The notes beneath the pieces were generated by a model. The model searched no databases and was not told the DNA's origin. It saw nothing but the letters and a program-made list of their open reading frames with translations. A stretch of 63,820 nt of DNA, the filler included, from Globobulimina sp. (lineage: Eukaryota), in the NCBI GenBank assembly GCA_003354225.1. It is 22 parts of 22 records of this genome, joined end to end, with 100 filler letters (N's around TTAATTAATTAA, not from the genome) between each part and the next. Parts side by side here need not be neighbours in the genome. Positions count along the whole stretch, not along the records: positions 8,723 to 11,529 come from PIVH01004800.1; positions 11,630 to 14,436 come from PIVH01004801.1; positions 14,537 to 17,343 come from PIVH01004802.1; positions 17,444 to 20,249 come from PIVH01004803.1; positions 20,350 to 23,155 come from PIVH01004804.1; 17 more parts are not named here. The stretch is one strand, 5' to 3'. A program made the translations under genes and the position numbers. This document shows, piece after piece, positions 10,206-21,122 of the stretch. Numbering within the stretch: position 1 is the stretch's first letter; every line of letters begins with the position of its first letter.

Positions 10206-11529
10206 ATGTTTTTTGTCAAATTTATATTTATTGTGATTTCCATCACAAGTGTAGGTCATGGGCAAACATTTCCATTCAACGTTTTCACAAACTCTCCGAT
10301 TGTTGGAAACCTGAATATATCAACATGTGGTAAAAATTATTCAGGCACTACAACATCAACACAACGATGGGAATCTTATTCATGGACTTCACCATCTCTT
10401 TATCAAAGCATTACTTTCAGTACTTGTCGATCCTCGTTTGATACTACTTTACAATTGTATCATTATGACACTTCGTGGACACCAACCGTATTCTCTGATG
10501 GTTAATTAACTTGAGCTCTCTTCCTATTCTTATATACTTTAGAATAGGACCTGTTTGAAACACATTGTTTTTAAAATCCGCAAATTCGCAAGTCGTTTTG
10601 TTGGGAGATGGTGAAGACCTCTCCATAGGTTTTAAAATTTTTCTAAAACGCCGTGTTTCAAACAGGTCCTATTCTAAAGTAAATATCTCAACACAAATGA
10701 CAAATGTTACAGATGTTGGCTCGTGTTCACCACAGTCGGAACTACCTCTTTCCAATCTCGTCCCTGGAGACTATATAGTCGAGATATCATCATACAATAA
10801 CGAAACCTTTGGAGCTTATAAGCTTACTTCTCATACATGTATATTAGCTGCAACTCCACAAATATCAACTACAGAAACGTTAACTGCACCAACTACAAAC
10901 CAAACATCTGGATCCGTTACAACAACAACAGCATCAACGACAAATTCAAATGGCAATACAGCACAAGAATCTCCTTCGTCTGGCGTCTCGACCGATTTGT
11001 TAACACAGATTTGTATTGCTATTGCAGTCTACGCAGTCATTCCTTTTATATTTTATTTCATTACAAAAATGTGTTGTAAACAAAAAGAAAAAGAAACAGA
11101 AACAACAGCTAGCGCTGTGGACGAAGTTGAGGAAAATAAAAATAAACCATCCATCGTCAAAGCTTATGTTATCGCAATGATTGATATTTTTGATAGCAGC
11201 ACAGATATTATCTCTGGTTATAACTTTTTCTTCATTAAAGGCTGTGGAATATTAGCTTGTCAAAGTGAAACATTATCGAGCTTTGATGCGTATGGTTACA
11301 CATTTATTATTTGTGGAAGTATTGGAGCTCTCATCACAATATGCAAAAATATATTATTATATTATGAAATTAAAAACTTACACAGTTCAGCGGTAGATTC
11401 CAGCATTGCAATGAAAATAAAAATATTAAGTGGTCGGTTAGAAGCAGGCAAGATATTATTGTGTGATATCCCGATCGCAGCGTGTTTTATTGTACTTTTA
11501 ATGGTCAATCAATATGATCTTTCTTTTGC
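10206..11529 (+). CDS. Signal-peptide surface receptor: PPC-like beta domain, Thr stalk, multiple TM helices; 3'-truncated
   Basis: join(10206-10500, 10713->11529) with a phase-1 intron, giving ITFSTCRSSFDTTLQLY..SDDVGSCSPQSEL..LVPGDYIVEISSY. At least 3-4 hydrophobic segments follow. Confidence 0.75.
10535..10681. mobile_element. 147-bp MITE with 29-bp perfect terminal inverted repeats, intronic
   Basis: TACTTTAGAATAGGACCTGTTTGAAACAC (10535-10563) is the exact reverse complement of 10653-10681. Both ends are TA. TIR-like fragments recur at 14322-14336, 22995-23012 and 58376-58400. Confidence 0.9.
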
Positions 11530-11629
11530 NNNNNNNNNNNNNNNNNNNNNNNNNNNNNNNNNNNNNNNNNNNNTTAATTAATTAANNNNNNNNNNNNNNN
11601 NNNNNNNNNNNNNNNNNNNNNNNNNNNNN

Positions 11630-12114
11630 ATGTCAATATATTCAATACTATAAAGAAAGGGGTTACGTTTGCAACATATAATAATACTCATTGGGTCGTT
11701 AGTAACAATGGTAAAACAATGAAAGGAGCAGGAAATAACTGCCATCCGTCTGCAGTGTATTCAGAGACTGGTTATAAGCATGGAGTTCATTTATGGACAG
11801 TCAAAGCAATTAAAAGAACTAAGTGTTGTGAAAATATTGGTATCACGTCTGGAGAACGAAATACCTCATCAGTAAGCGGCACATATCATTATTTATATAA
11901 TTTTGGTGGACATGCTCATCATCAGTCGTATCCATGGACAGCAGATGGTGATGTAGCTACTGTAAAATTGGATTGTAATAATTGGAACGTGACCATTAGT
12001 AGTACTAATAAAGGACAATGGAAAGAAGAAAATATTGAGCCAAACCAGACGTATTATTTTGCCATGAATGGATGTGGAAGTTCGGATTCTCATTATGAGA
12101 TAGTTCAACAATAA
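11630..12114 (+). CDS. B30.2/SPRY-domain protein, 5'-truncated
   Basis: GYKHGVHLWTVK, NIGITS, GDVATVKLDCNNWNVT, IEPNQTYYFAM. Confidence 0.7.
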
Positions 12115-12236
12115 AGTGTTATGTAGTGTTGGTGTGTTCATCAGAAACAATATACAACTTTTTGTTATTATTAATAATAGTTTTGTTATTTTGAAGTTCA
12201 GTCTAAAGCTACTATACTTGCATTTTTCACGACAAT

Positions 12237-14210
12237 ATGGTAACCACAATAAACGTTGTTTTCACATTGTGCATCGCATTGATAATTCTCTTTGTACTCA
12301 CAAGCTTGATCCAAAAGTGGTGCAGACGTTCCTCTGCTATTCATTATCACGAAGGTATTAAAACTTTGATTGTAAGCAAAGACGGAGAATGCAAATCAGC
12401 CATAAAAGAATTATTAAGTTATTCACCATCGATTGTTGGGTTTGATTTGGAATGGAAATCAAAAAAAGTTAAACACGAAACTGAATCCAAAGTATGTTTA
12501 ATGCAAATTGCATTTGACAAGAAATTAATTATTTTAATTCGATTGCATTTATTGCCGAATATCCCCAGTCCACTTATCTCATTTTTATGCGATATCACCA
12601 TCCTCAAATGTGGTGTTGGTATATACGGAGATGCGAAAAAACTGAAAAACGATTATAACATTGAAATGTGTGGATGCGTTGAATTGAATCATATTTATCT
12701 CTCCATCGACAGCAAACATAATATTTTTTATGGTTTAGAAAAATTCTCAAATTATTTATTAAAAAAAGAAATGAAATATAAACACGATATAAATCATATA
12801 AAATGGGAAAGCATTCAATTAACAAAACAACAAATAGACTACGCCGCAAATGATGCATTAATTGGATATCAAATATTTATGCATATATTTGACAAGAAAC
12901 CAGACAAAAACAACGATATTTTGCAGTTTTGTTTTGGTAAAATTGATACAAACTTATTATCAAAGAAATCGTTTTCAAAAATAAATCACCGGAAAAGCCA
13001 TAAACATAAAAACAATAAAAATAAATTCGAACAAAACGGTCCGAAAGCCGTAGAATGTATTTGTAACAATAAAATGTTGTTGGTTTTGGTGAAACATTGC
13101 GTCAAAAATAACAAAAACAGAGTTCAGAATAAATCGAAATATATTGTTTGTAACAAATGTTTGCAAGAACAGAAGGATGGCAATGCGGAGATATATGAAT
13201 GTAAAGAACAGAAATCCATATTTTGTGAAAGAGGATATTTTTTATGCATTGCTTGTTCGATGAAACCAAAAGAAGAAAATTATGAATTTAAAATATTGGA
13301 TATCAATGGCGAGTTATTACATTGTTGCAGTTTGAGAATGTTTACTTTATTCCGTGCATCAAAGGATTGGGTCAAACGATGCGATCGATATACGATACAA
13401 ATGAACGTAGAGGTTGATATTATAAATCCTGCTCATCAGAATAATGAGGCTTATTTCAGGCATATTTCATGGATAACACCCAAGAAATGTTATGTTTGCG
13501 ACAGTGATCAGAAAAAGATTTTTGTGTTCAAGATTATCCCCAAATGGTTTATGAACAATATATTGGGATATCGAGTGCCGTTATGTTCGCAATGTCGGTC
13601 AAAATATCATAAACAACGGTCATTGTTTTGTCATGAACTATGCGTGAAATATCTAATGAAAACGGATAGGAAATATGAGTTGATTTATGATACCAAAAAT
13701 ATTAAACAGTATATTGATTGTTTGCAGTATGATAATCAGAGGAAATTATTAAATGTGGACACTCAGAATAAATATATTGCAGATATAGTGCAATTTTATT
13801 ATAGCAATTATGTTTTGGAGGGGGATGAACCGGAGATGGATGTTTGTGATTTGAGGATAAAAGATTGTGAGTTTAATGCGGAGATTGGCATTGATTGGTG
13901 GAGGAATAAAGGGGATTATAAAACTATTTTTATTCGCAATATTATTTATAAAATATGCGCGCAATTTTGTAGAAAACGACATGATGATTATATGAAGAAA
14001 ATATTGAATGAATATTTTAAGGAGACGCCATTGCAATTTGCTGAGTTAATAAGGAGACATTTTATGGAAGATATGAAACCAATAAATTACAACAAGAAAT
14101 ATCCAGCGTTTGAGGTGATGTATATTCGAGAAGATAATTTAGTATTTGATCCAAATGACGATACGTGGCAACAAAAATCATCTTTTGTTGAATTGAATGA
14201 TGATAAATGA
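12237..14210 (+). CDS. EXD2: EXD2-like DEDDy 3'-5' exonuclease with N-terminal TM, Cys-rich insert and degenerate HNH-like C-terminus
   Basis: TM at residues ~5-25; ExoI GFDLEW, ExoII GIYGDAKKL, ExoIII YAANDA; later CYVC...KIIP...VPLCSQCR as in EXD2. Confidence 0.8.
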   Translation: MVTTINVVFTLCIALIILFVLTSLIQKWCRRSSAIHYHEGIKTLIVSKDGECKSAIKELLSYSPSIVGFDLEWKSKKVKHETESKVCLMQIAFDKKLIILIRLHLLPNIPSPLISFLCDITILKCGVGIYGDAKKLKNDYNIEMCGCVELNHIYLSIDSKHNIFYGLEKFSNYLLKKEMKYKHDINHIKWESIQLTKQQIDYAANDALIGYQIFMHIFDKKPDKNNDILQFCFGKIDTNLLSKKSFSKINHRKSHKHKNNKNKFEQNGPKAVECICNNKMLLVLVKHCVKNNKNRVQNKSKYIVCNKCLQEQKDGNAEIYECKEQKSIFCERGYFLCIACSMKPKEENYEFKILDINGELLHCCSLRMFTLFRASKDWVKRCDRYTIQMNVEVDIINPAHQNNEAYFRHISWITPKKCYVCDSDQKKIFVFKIIPKWFMNNILGYRVPLCSQCRSKYHKQRSLFCHELCVKYLMKTDRKYELIYDTKNIKQYIDCLQYDNQRKLLNVDTQNKYIADIVQFYYSNYVLEGDEPEMDVCDLRIKDCEFNAEIGIDWWRNKGDYKTIFIRNIIYKICAQFCRKRHDDYMKKILNEYFKETPLQFAELIRRHFMEDMKPINYNKKYPAFEVMYIREDNLVFDPNDDTWQQKSSFVELNDDK

Positions 14211-14536
14211 CTATGGAAATGTAATGACTTTTGAATGAATGTGTACGTTGCTATTATGATGATTCAATTGATCAACTTGCTGTTTTTTCACTTCAATTGA
14301 TACAACACCTCCTTCCAAAAATATATACTTTAGAATCCTATGGAGATTTACATTGCAGTGCAAGGATAATGTATACAATTTCAAAAGAAAGTACGTAATT
14401 AATTAATACTGTACATGAGTCACATGACCACACATCNNNNNNNNNNNNNNNNNNNNNNNNNNNNNNNNNNNNNNNNNNNNTTAATTAATTAANNNNNNNN
14501 NNNNNNNNNNNNNNNNNNNNNNNNNNNNNNNNNNNN

Positions 14537-15425
14537 GAATGGGACCATTTTTTCTTAATTGTATAGAAAATTGATTCATTGTCAACATATAATTTGATGG
14601 ATTTCCCAGATAGATAATGGCGAAAAGTAAATAGGGCTGAAAGGATGACATGAGCCTCTTTTTGATTTATATGCCAATTTTTGGTGTGTAATGGTGTGAA
14701 AAAATAAGATGACCAATACCCACCAATGACAAAGCCACCTTGAACTGAGGAAGCATCGGTCGATGCTGAAATGGTCATATTGCATGGCATTATAATTTCG
14801 GACATTGGTACATTTAAAATTTGGTCTGCGAAATGGCACCAATATTTTAAATCATTTAAAATGGATAATGGTAGGATATAATTATGGTTTTTTGGGAAGA
14901 GTCCTGAACGGATATTTTCATGGATAAATTGAAGTAAATTCCAGCAAAGTGCTTTTGTTGGTTGTTTCAATTGTGCCCAATGCATAATTGTACCGCAAAG
15001 AGCTTCAAGAGCAGCACCAGAAATTACTCTATATTTTAAAGTATATAGGATTAATTGTTTGAAATTTTTATATTTGATTGGTGGAATGCCAACTGTTTTA
15101 TTTTGTAGGTCAAATAAAATGCCATATAATACTGACTGTTGGCAAGTTTTGATAAATCCAGTCTCTTTTTTAGAAACTTGGACGTTTAATTCGGTCATTA
15201 ACGCATCAAAGCGTTTTTCCATTTCTTCGCAGTCTGCTTTTTTCACTGCTCCTAAAACAAAGTCATCAATGTGCACAAGAGATTTGTTGCGCCATTCATT
15301 TTCAAATACTTTGTTATCCAAAATCCAAATTAAGATTTGGGCGAAATATTGACAGTTTGCTGGAGCGGATGAAACGCCATATGGCTGTTTACGATCTCTC
15401 CAAACTAAACCAAATAAGTGGCTGT
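14537..15425 (-). mobile_element. DIRS-type retrotransposon RT-RNase H fragment, truncated at both ends
   Basis: HLFGLVW, PYGVSSAP, LVHIDDF, LYGILFD, LCGTIMHW, then DIRS-like RNase H TDASS..GG, HINQKEA and LYVDN. The upstream part of the tracked ORF is only antisense of the NudC region. Confidence 0.85.
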
Positions 15426-15632
15426 GTTTTATAGTTCGCGTGTTATATTTTATATATTTTTTAGTGCGTTTTGTGAATTGTTTTACTGTGTTTTTACATT
15501 GTGATTTGAACAAAATAGTTGCATTATGTTGACTTATCACTATACAGACACATTTAATTATAGCGTTTCTGTGTTGTTTCCAGATAGTAACAAAAACCGC
15601 AGTTAACTCAATTAACAAAAACCGCCGTAACA

Positions 15633-17114
15633 ATGGACAAAACCCAACAAAAATCAGACAAATCATTAGCTGACGTTTATAAATTATTTGAACATGACGA
15701 AAAAGGCCAAGAAATGGAATTCCTCCACACCGTATTTGATTTCTTAAACCGTCGTAGTTCATTTTTAGCCAAACCAGGAATCTCCAACAAAGTCATCCAA
15801 ATGGTCCACTCTCACATTAATACCGCCAAAAAAAATGAAACGTTAAATCAAAATTTAAATCAAACCAAAACCTCAGGAATCACAGCAAAAACCGCCAAAT
15901 CCATACCGCAGCCGGTACCACCACCAAAAAAATCGGAGCAAGTACAACCCCCAAAACCAGCACCAATCGACGAATCCGATCATAAAATGGATGTGGATGT
16001 GGATGTAGATGATGAAAATGAGGCGGATAAGGAAGCAAAACCCGAAGGTAATGGTGGTAGAACAGATAAATACGTTTGGACGCAGACCTTGCAAGAAGTG
16101 GAATTGTCGATGGATATCGATGCGAATCTCCGTGGGAAACATTTGAAAATTATAGTTTCAAAGAAACATTTATTTATAGCGGTGAAGGGGAAGGAAGCCA
16201 CACCGATTATCGATGGCGATTTGCATGACAGTGTGAATGTGGATGATTCGACGTGGACATTGGATACGGAGTATGGCAAAACGACGAAGATGTTGACTGT
16301 GGTTTTAGCCAAAATGAAGGGTATGAATTGGTGGAAGCGAGTACTTGTTGGCGAGCCGGAAAACAGTAAGTTCGACTCATTGGATGATGAAACCATAGAA
16401 AGGGATGACACGATGATTGAAGAGTACGTAAAAATGTCGATTGATCCACAACAAAATCCAATATATCCAAAATTAAAAGAAATTGTGACAAAGTTTGGTG
16501 ATATGAATGGGAAAACTATTGTTGATGTTGGGAGTGGTCCGGGTATTATGCTACCAATGTTTGATGATGTCATTGGTAAAAATGGGAAAATATATGCCAT
16601 TGATATTGACAAAAACTTCTTATCATACTGTTCAAATCACATTGTACCAACATTATCAAATAGGGACAATATACAACTCATTAAATCAAAACCAAATTGT
16701 TTGTGTTTATCAGACGATTTAAAAGGCAAAATAGATGTATTTGTGTTAGCATTTGTTGTCAATTATTTGCAGGAAAAAGAAAGGTATAAACAAATAATAC
16801 CTCAATTGTATGAATATCTAAATGTTGATGGAAGTGGACAAGTTGTAGTGATTGATTTTGATCAAGAATTTGTGGATATGACTTTTGGAAGTTTTGATGA
16901 AAAACATCAAGATATAGATAATAATGATAGTGAGCAAAATAAAACAAACGAAGAAGCTAAGGAGGATCCATTTGAATGGCAAATGCATTATTTAGAACCT
17001 CAACAAATTGAAAAACTATTCAACCAATTTGGTTTTGTGTTGGATGGTTATATTTTGAAAGACGCTGTACCTCATCATCATTGTATCGTGTTTAAGAAAC
17101 AAATAAATAAATAA
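15633..17114 (+). CDS. NUDC: NudC (N-domain + CS/p23) fused in frame to a class I SAM methyltransferase
   Basis: FLHTVFDFLNRRSSF, GNGG..KYVWTQTLQEV, DDSTWTLD, WWKRVL, ENSKFDSLDDET, then VDVGSGPG and KIYAIDID. May be a chimera. Confidence 0.75.
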   Translation: MDKTQQKSDKSLADVYKLFEHDEKGQEMEFLHTVFDFLNRRSSFLAKPGISNKVIQMVHSHINTAKKNETLNQNLNQTKTSGITAKTAKSIPQPVPPPKKSEQVQPPKPAPIDESDHKMDVDVDVDDENEADKEAKPEGNGGRTDKYVWTQTLQEVELSMDIDANLRGKHLKIIVSKKHLFIAVKGKEATPIIDGDLHDSVNVDDSTWTLDTEYGKTTKMLTVVLAKMKGMNWWKRVLVGEPENSKFDSLDDETIERDDTMIEEYVKMSIDPQQNPIYPKLKEIVTKFGDMNGKTIVDVGSGPGIMLPMFDDVIGKNGKIYAIDIDKNFLSYCSNHIVPTLSNRDNIQLIKSKPNCLCLSDDLKGKIDVFVLAFVVNYLQEKERYKQIIPQLYEYLNVDGSGQVVVIDFDQEFVDMTFGSFDEKHQDIDNNDSEQNKTNEEAKEDPFEWQMHYLEPQQIEKLFNQFGFVLDGYILKDAVPHHHCIVFKKQINK

Positions 17115-17225
17115 ATTACTGAATAGTGCTAACGATTTAATAGTGCAAAATTCAGTGAAGTAAGTTGTTGTACTTGAATAAGTTCGATCATCACTGCGTT
17201 TTTGATAGACTTTACTGATTACACA

Positions 17226-17343
17226 ATGTCTGAAGATTATGGCGAGTCGCAATATGGCGATAGAGTGGATTTTAAGAACCGTAAATGCAAAGATTGTTTT
17301 TGTGCCGTGATTTATTATTTACATATTGCAGGTGTTATAGCTG
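17226..17343 (+). CDS. Choline transporter-like (CTL/SLC44) N-terminus, truncated
   Basis: FKNRKCKDCFCAVIYYLH resembles the R...D.F motif preceding TM1 in CTL proteins; fragment is short. Confidence 0.5.
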
Positions 17344-17443
17344 NNNNNNNNNNNNNNNNNNNNNNNNNNNNNNNNNNNNNNNNNNNNTTAATTAATTAAN
17401 NNNNNNNNNNNNNNNNNNNNNNNNNNNNNNNNNNNNNNNNNNN

Positions 17444-18455
17444 TGTTATTATTGTATTTGAAATGAATAATATGAATGTTACCTGATATTTCACTGTGTT
17501 CTGGTACGGTATTAATATTGATTGGTTCCAAACGGTCTTGTATTGGAGTGGGGGACGTTTTTTTCTGATAAATATACATTTGAGTGCAACATTTGAGGCA
17601 ACATTTATGCAATACACAACATATACGTTTATAACAGATATTATGTAATGGATGCAACAATATTAACATCATTCCATTAATCAATCCATCAATCATCACA
17701 TAATAATATCCAAAGGACAATGAAAACGATAGCATTATTAATATAAATGCGGAAATGATCGCTGTAGACTGCAATATGGAATATTTAATCATGACATTAT
17801 ATAATTGATTTTTGATTTCTTTATCATTCTGATGTTGCAATAATTGATAAAATGGAGAAACAAACAAATATAAACAGCACAGAGATATTGACAAATCCAT
17901 CAGAGAGAGAAACCAAAATAATATTGGTTGATACGGATGTACATTGAAGCTGATTGAACAGGAAAATATTTGGTCATAACTTGAAGCAAAAAGTAAGGTC
18001 CAATTAAAATATGAAATATATGGAAGTATATAGACTGCAATCATTCCATATAGAATATGTATGTATTTATGTTTTAGTTGGAATATTGTGTCAGCAAACA
18101 CGACTTGAATGCGTCTGATGAATATGATGTACATTGTCGTTCGGGTTAATTGGAATATTGACATACTTATTTGATTGGGCAATATACAATATCCATCATA
18201 CCATTTATCGACGAAAATATTTATAAATAAAAATCTAAACAATAACAAAATCATGTTCATCAATATCAAGCACAAATTGACATGGATCAGTATGCGAATA
18301 TCTGTGGATGTGTTGTCATTCGTGTCAGACACCAGTTTTTTCGCAATTGCATCTCTTATTTGTGTTATTATATTATGTATTACACCAATGACTAAAAGAG
18401 AAATGAGAAATAATCCAAACACTCCACAAATTATCACATGATATGCAACAATCAT
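17444..18455 (-). CDS. 7TM GPCR-like membrane protein, 3'-truncated
   Basis: Seven hydrophobic segments, Cys before TM3, LYLFVSP and Cys-rich tail (ICCVLHKCCLKCC). Confidence 0.8.
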
Positions 18456-18531
18456 TGTTTTTTGTTAATATGATTTGAAGAGAATTATAATGTTTTTAGT
18501 CTTTAGCTGTTTTGATACAATCTAACTAGCC

Positions 18532-19788
18532 ATGCATATGTTAAACAGTGACCCAGTGGTAGGATATGGTTCTTTATTGGACGATAATGCCCCTGACATT
18601 GGCCCTGACATTGGCCCTCATAATCCGACTGAGGCATCATTATCAACAAAAAGCAAAAGTTCAATGAAATTTAAAAAAGAAGCTCATGCTCTTCATCAAC
18701 ACCTTTTATTGGGCGCTTTCATTGATAATACCCCAGACATTGCACCTCGTACTCCGACAGAGGCAGAGGCAGAGGCAGAGGAAGTATCATTATCAACAAA
18801 AAACAGAAAATGCATTAAATTATTATTGTTATTACTTGTATTACTTGTATTTGCAGTTATATTTGTTTTTATTTTCATGATTTACAAAGATAATCCAATC
18901 AATCAAGTGATAGAATCAACGTTAACCATGGAACCAACCATAGGCCCCACTTTTGAACCAACGACTGAGCCAACTTTCGAACCAACGAAAGACCCCACTT
19001 TTGAACCAACGAAAGACCCCACTTCTGAACCAACGAAAGACCCCACTTCTGAACCAACCAAAGACCCAACTTTTGAACCAACCAAAGACCCCACTTCTGA
19101 ACCAACGAAAGACCCAACTTTTGAACCAACCAAAGACCCCACTTCTGAACCAACCAAAGACCCCACTTTTGAACCAACGAAAGACCCAACTTTTGAACCA
19201 ACCAAAGACCCCACTTTTGAACCAACGACTGAGCCAACATTCGAACCCACAGCCGAACCAACCATGGAACCAACAATTGAGCCAACAATTGAGCCAACAA
19301 CTGAGCCAACATTGGAACCAACAAACGAACCAACATTGGGACCAACATTATTTACTACAATTTATGACATGTCGTTTGATGATGGCTTTGCGGATTGGAT
19401 TATTGATTTTGGGCAAATCAATACAAAAATGTCCTCTTTGAATTGCCCTTTATATTCTGACGTCTGTTGGGAGTTAACAGCGCCGTCACAAACAAGTACT
19501 AGTATAGCAACCATTGGATTCCATGATCTACAAATATTGATTGATGTAAATTCTATTGGTGCAAATATTTTATGTTTCATTAAATATGGAACAAATGCTA
19601 CAAACGATAAATTAGAATATCTCGCACAAACTAGAAATAATGGTCCATTTGTAGATAAAAGATTGTTGTTATTTGGAAATATGTACAATGAGGCAACATC
19701 TCTTAATATAAAATTAGGAGCGGGAGGCGGCTCTGTCAATAATTATTGTTATTTTGATAATATGCGGATAATCGGCAAATCCAATTAA
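18532..19788 (+). CDS. Type II membrane protein with PT-repeat stalk and C-terminal globular domain
   Basis: Single TM (LLLLLLVLLVFAVIFVFIFMI), more than 30 PTxx tetrapeptides, C-terminal domain starting SFDDGFADW. Confidence 0.85.
   Translation: MHMLNSDPVVGYGSLLDDNAPDIGPDIGPHNPTEASLSTKSKSSMKFKKEAHALHQHLLLGAFIDNTPDIAPRTPTEAEAEAEEVSLSTKNRKCIKLLLLLLVLLVFAVIFVFIFMIYKDNPINQVIESTLTMEPTIGPTFEPTTEPTFEPTKDPTFEPTKDPTSEPTKDPTSEPTKDPTFEPTKDPTSEPTKDPTFEPTKDPTSEPTKDPTFEPTKDPTFEPTKDPTFEPTTEPTFEPTAEPTMEPTIEPTIEPTTEPTLEPTNEPTLGPTLFTTIYDMSFDDGFADWIIDFGQINTKMSSLNCPLYSDVCWELTAPSQTSTSIATIGFHDLQILIDVNSIGANILCFIKYGTNATNDKLEYLAQTRNNGPFVDKRLLLFGNMYNEATSLNIKLGAGGGSVNNYCYFDNMRIIGKSN
18930..19347 (+). repeat. Coding 12/24-bp tandem repeat (EPTK-DPTF/S)
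   Basis: GAACCAACSAAAGACCCMACTTYT units in tandem. Confidence 0.95.
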
Positions 19789-20349
19789 TTTTATTTTTAT
19801 TTTTTATACATATTATATAATTATTTCTATAGCTACTTTGTACTGTCACTATTGAGGTTTTTTCGCCAAATCCGAGCGTGTTTCATACAGAAATATGGAT
19901 TCCCAGACAGCCACAATTGCACCAAAATGACCGCATCGATCTCTACTTTCGTCCTATAAATACCACCATTCAACTCCACCATATTTACTGTCTAATTTTT
20001 CACCATAAAAAGTAACGACTACTGTCGCCACACTTGAATTCCATACCAACTAGATACAATAATAAAGCTCCATCTCAGCTCATGTGATACCTATATGTCC
20101 GATATAGCACCAATATTTCCATTATAAAAAACGGTCCAAATCCTATAGTCAGCGCTTTCGGATTTTTCACACTTATAAGGAATATTTAATCATGACATTA
20201 TATAATTGATTTTTTATTTCTTTATCATTCTGATGTTGCAATAATTGATNNNNNNNNNNNNNNNNNNNNNNNNNNNNNNNNNNNNNNNNNNNNTTAATTA
20301 ATTAANNNNNNNNNNNNNNNNNNNNNNNNNNNNNNNNNNNNNNNNNNNN

Positions 20350-21087
20350 TATGTGGTAATCCTAATAATAATCGATAATATTTTATTTCTCGGTCCTTCT
20401 CAGTTTTAATAAAGGAAAATAAATCATTGTCTAATATATTGGCGTTATAATATTTTGCTCTGATGATGCAATCACCGATTAAATCAATCCAACATTGTGT
20501 TGCTAATTTGCTTTTGCATCTAAATACATACGAATCGAAATCTTTTTTTTGATATTTGACTGTTTGTAAATCAAATCCTTCATATTTACACTTAAAAGAC
20601 CATCTCTTATGTTCTAATATCGATTCATCGCTAGTCTCTGGACTTATTCCTACCGCAAAACCAAAATATTCTGTTGATTTTTGCACGTTTGCGTTGTTTC
20701 TGGGTCTGTCATAGTCAATTTCTTCTCCATATTCATCAAATTCTATTTCTTGAAGTAATGAAATATCGCCAAATATTATTGAATCGGTTTGGTTTTTTTT
20801 ATCATTTAATGCGCGAATATCTGTTACTTGATCAAATTCATATTTATATGTTATCATTAAACAATTACTCATTCGCATAACGCAGAATCGTGGTCTCCAT
20901 TTTTTCAGAAATTTACTCTTTTTTTCTAACCATCCCACTGTGCGTGAAACGAAGAAATTTTAATTTAATTAATTGGTCATGACCATGAAGACACACCTTG
21001 GGTGTTGTTATATTTCCCATAACCAATTGGCATTGACACATTGCTTACCTCTGGTTCTTTGCTGTCACTCCTCCGAGTCGTTGACAT
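20350..21087 (-). CDS. PH-domain protein, 3'-truncated
   Basis: GWLEKKSKFLKKWRPRFCV..YVFRCKS..WIDLI. Tentative 5' exons 21049-21087 and a 13-nt mini-exon 20984-20996 spliced to 20937. Confidence 0.75.
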
Positions 21088-21122
21088 CATTGTGCTAAGT
21101 CAGTAGCAAACATCAGAAAAGC

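Noticed and set aside
14485..15762. Retron, DGR or defence-type RT system with the adjacent methyltransferase
   Set aside because: The RT is followed by a DIRS-like RNase H, no template repeat or ncRNA is visible, and the methyltransferase is on the opposite strand fused to NudC.
18930..19347. CRISPR-like or non-coding repeat, and the overlapping LVQKWGL/VGS/NQRKT ORFs
   Set aside because: This is a coding PT-repeat stalk; the other frames are open only because the repeat lacks stops.
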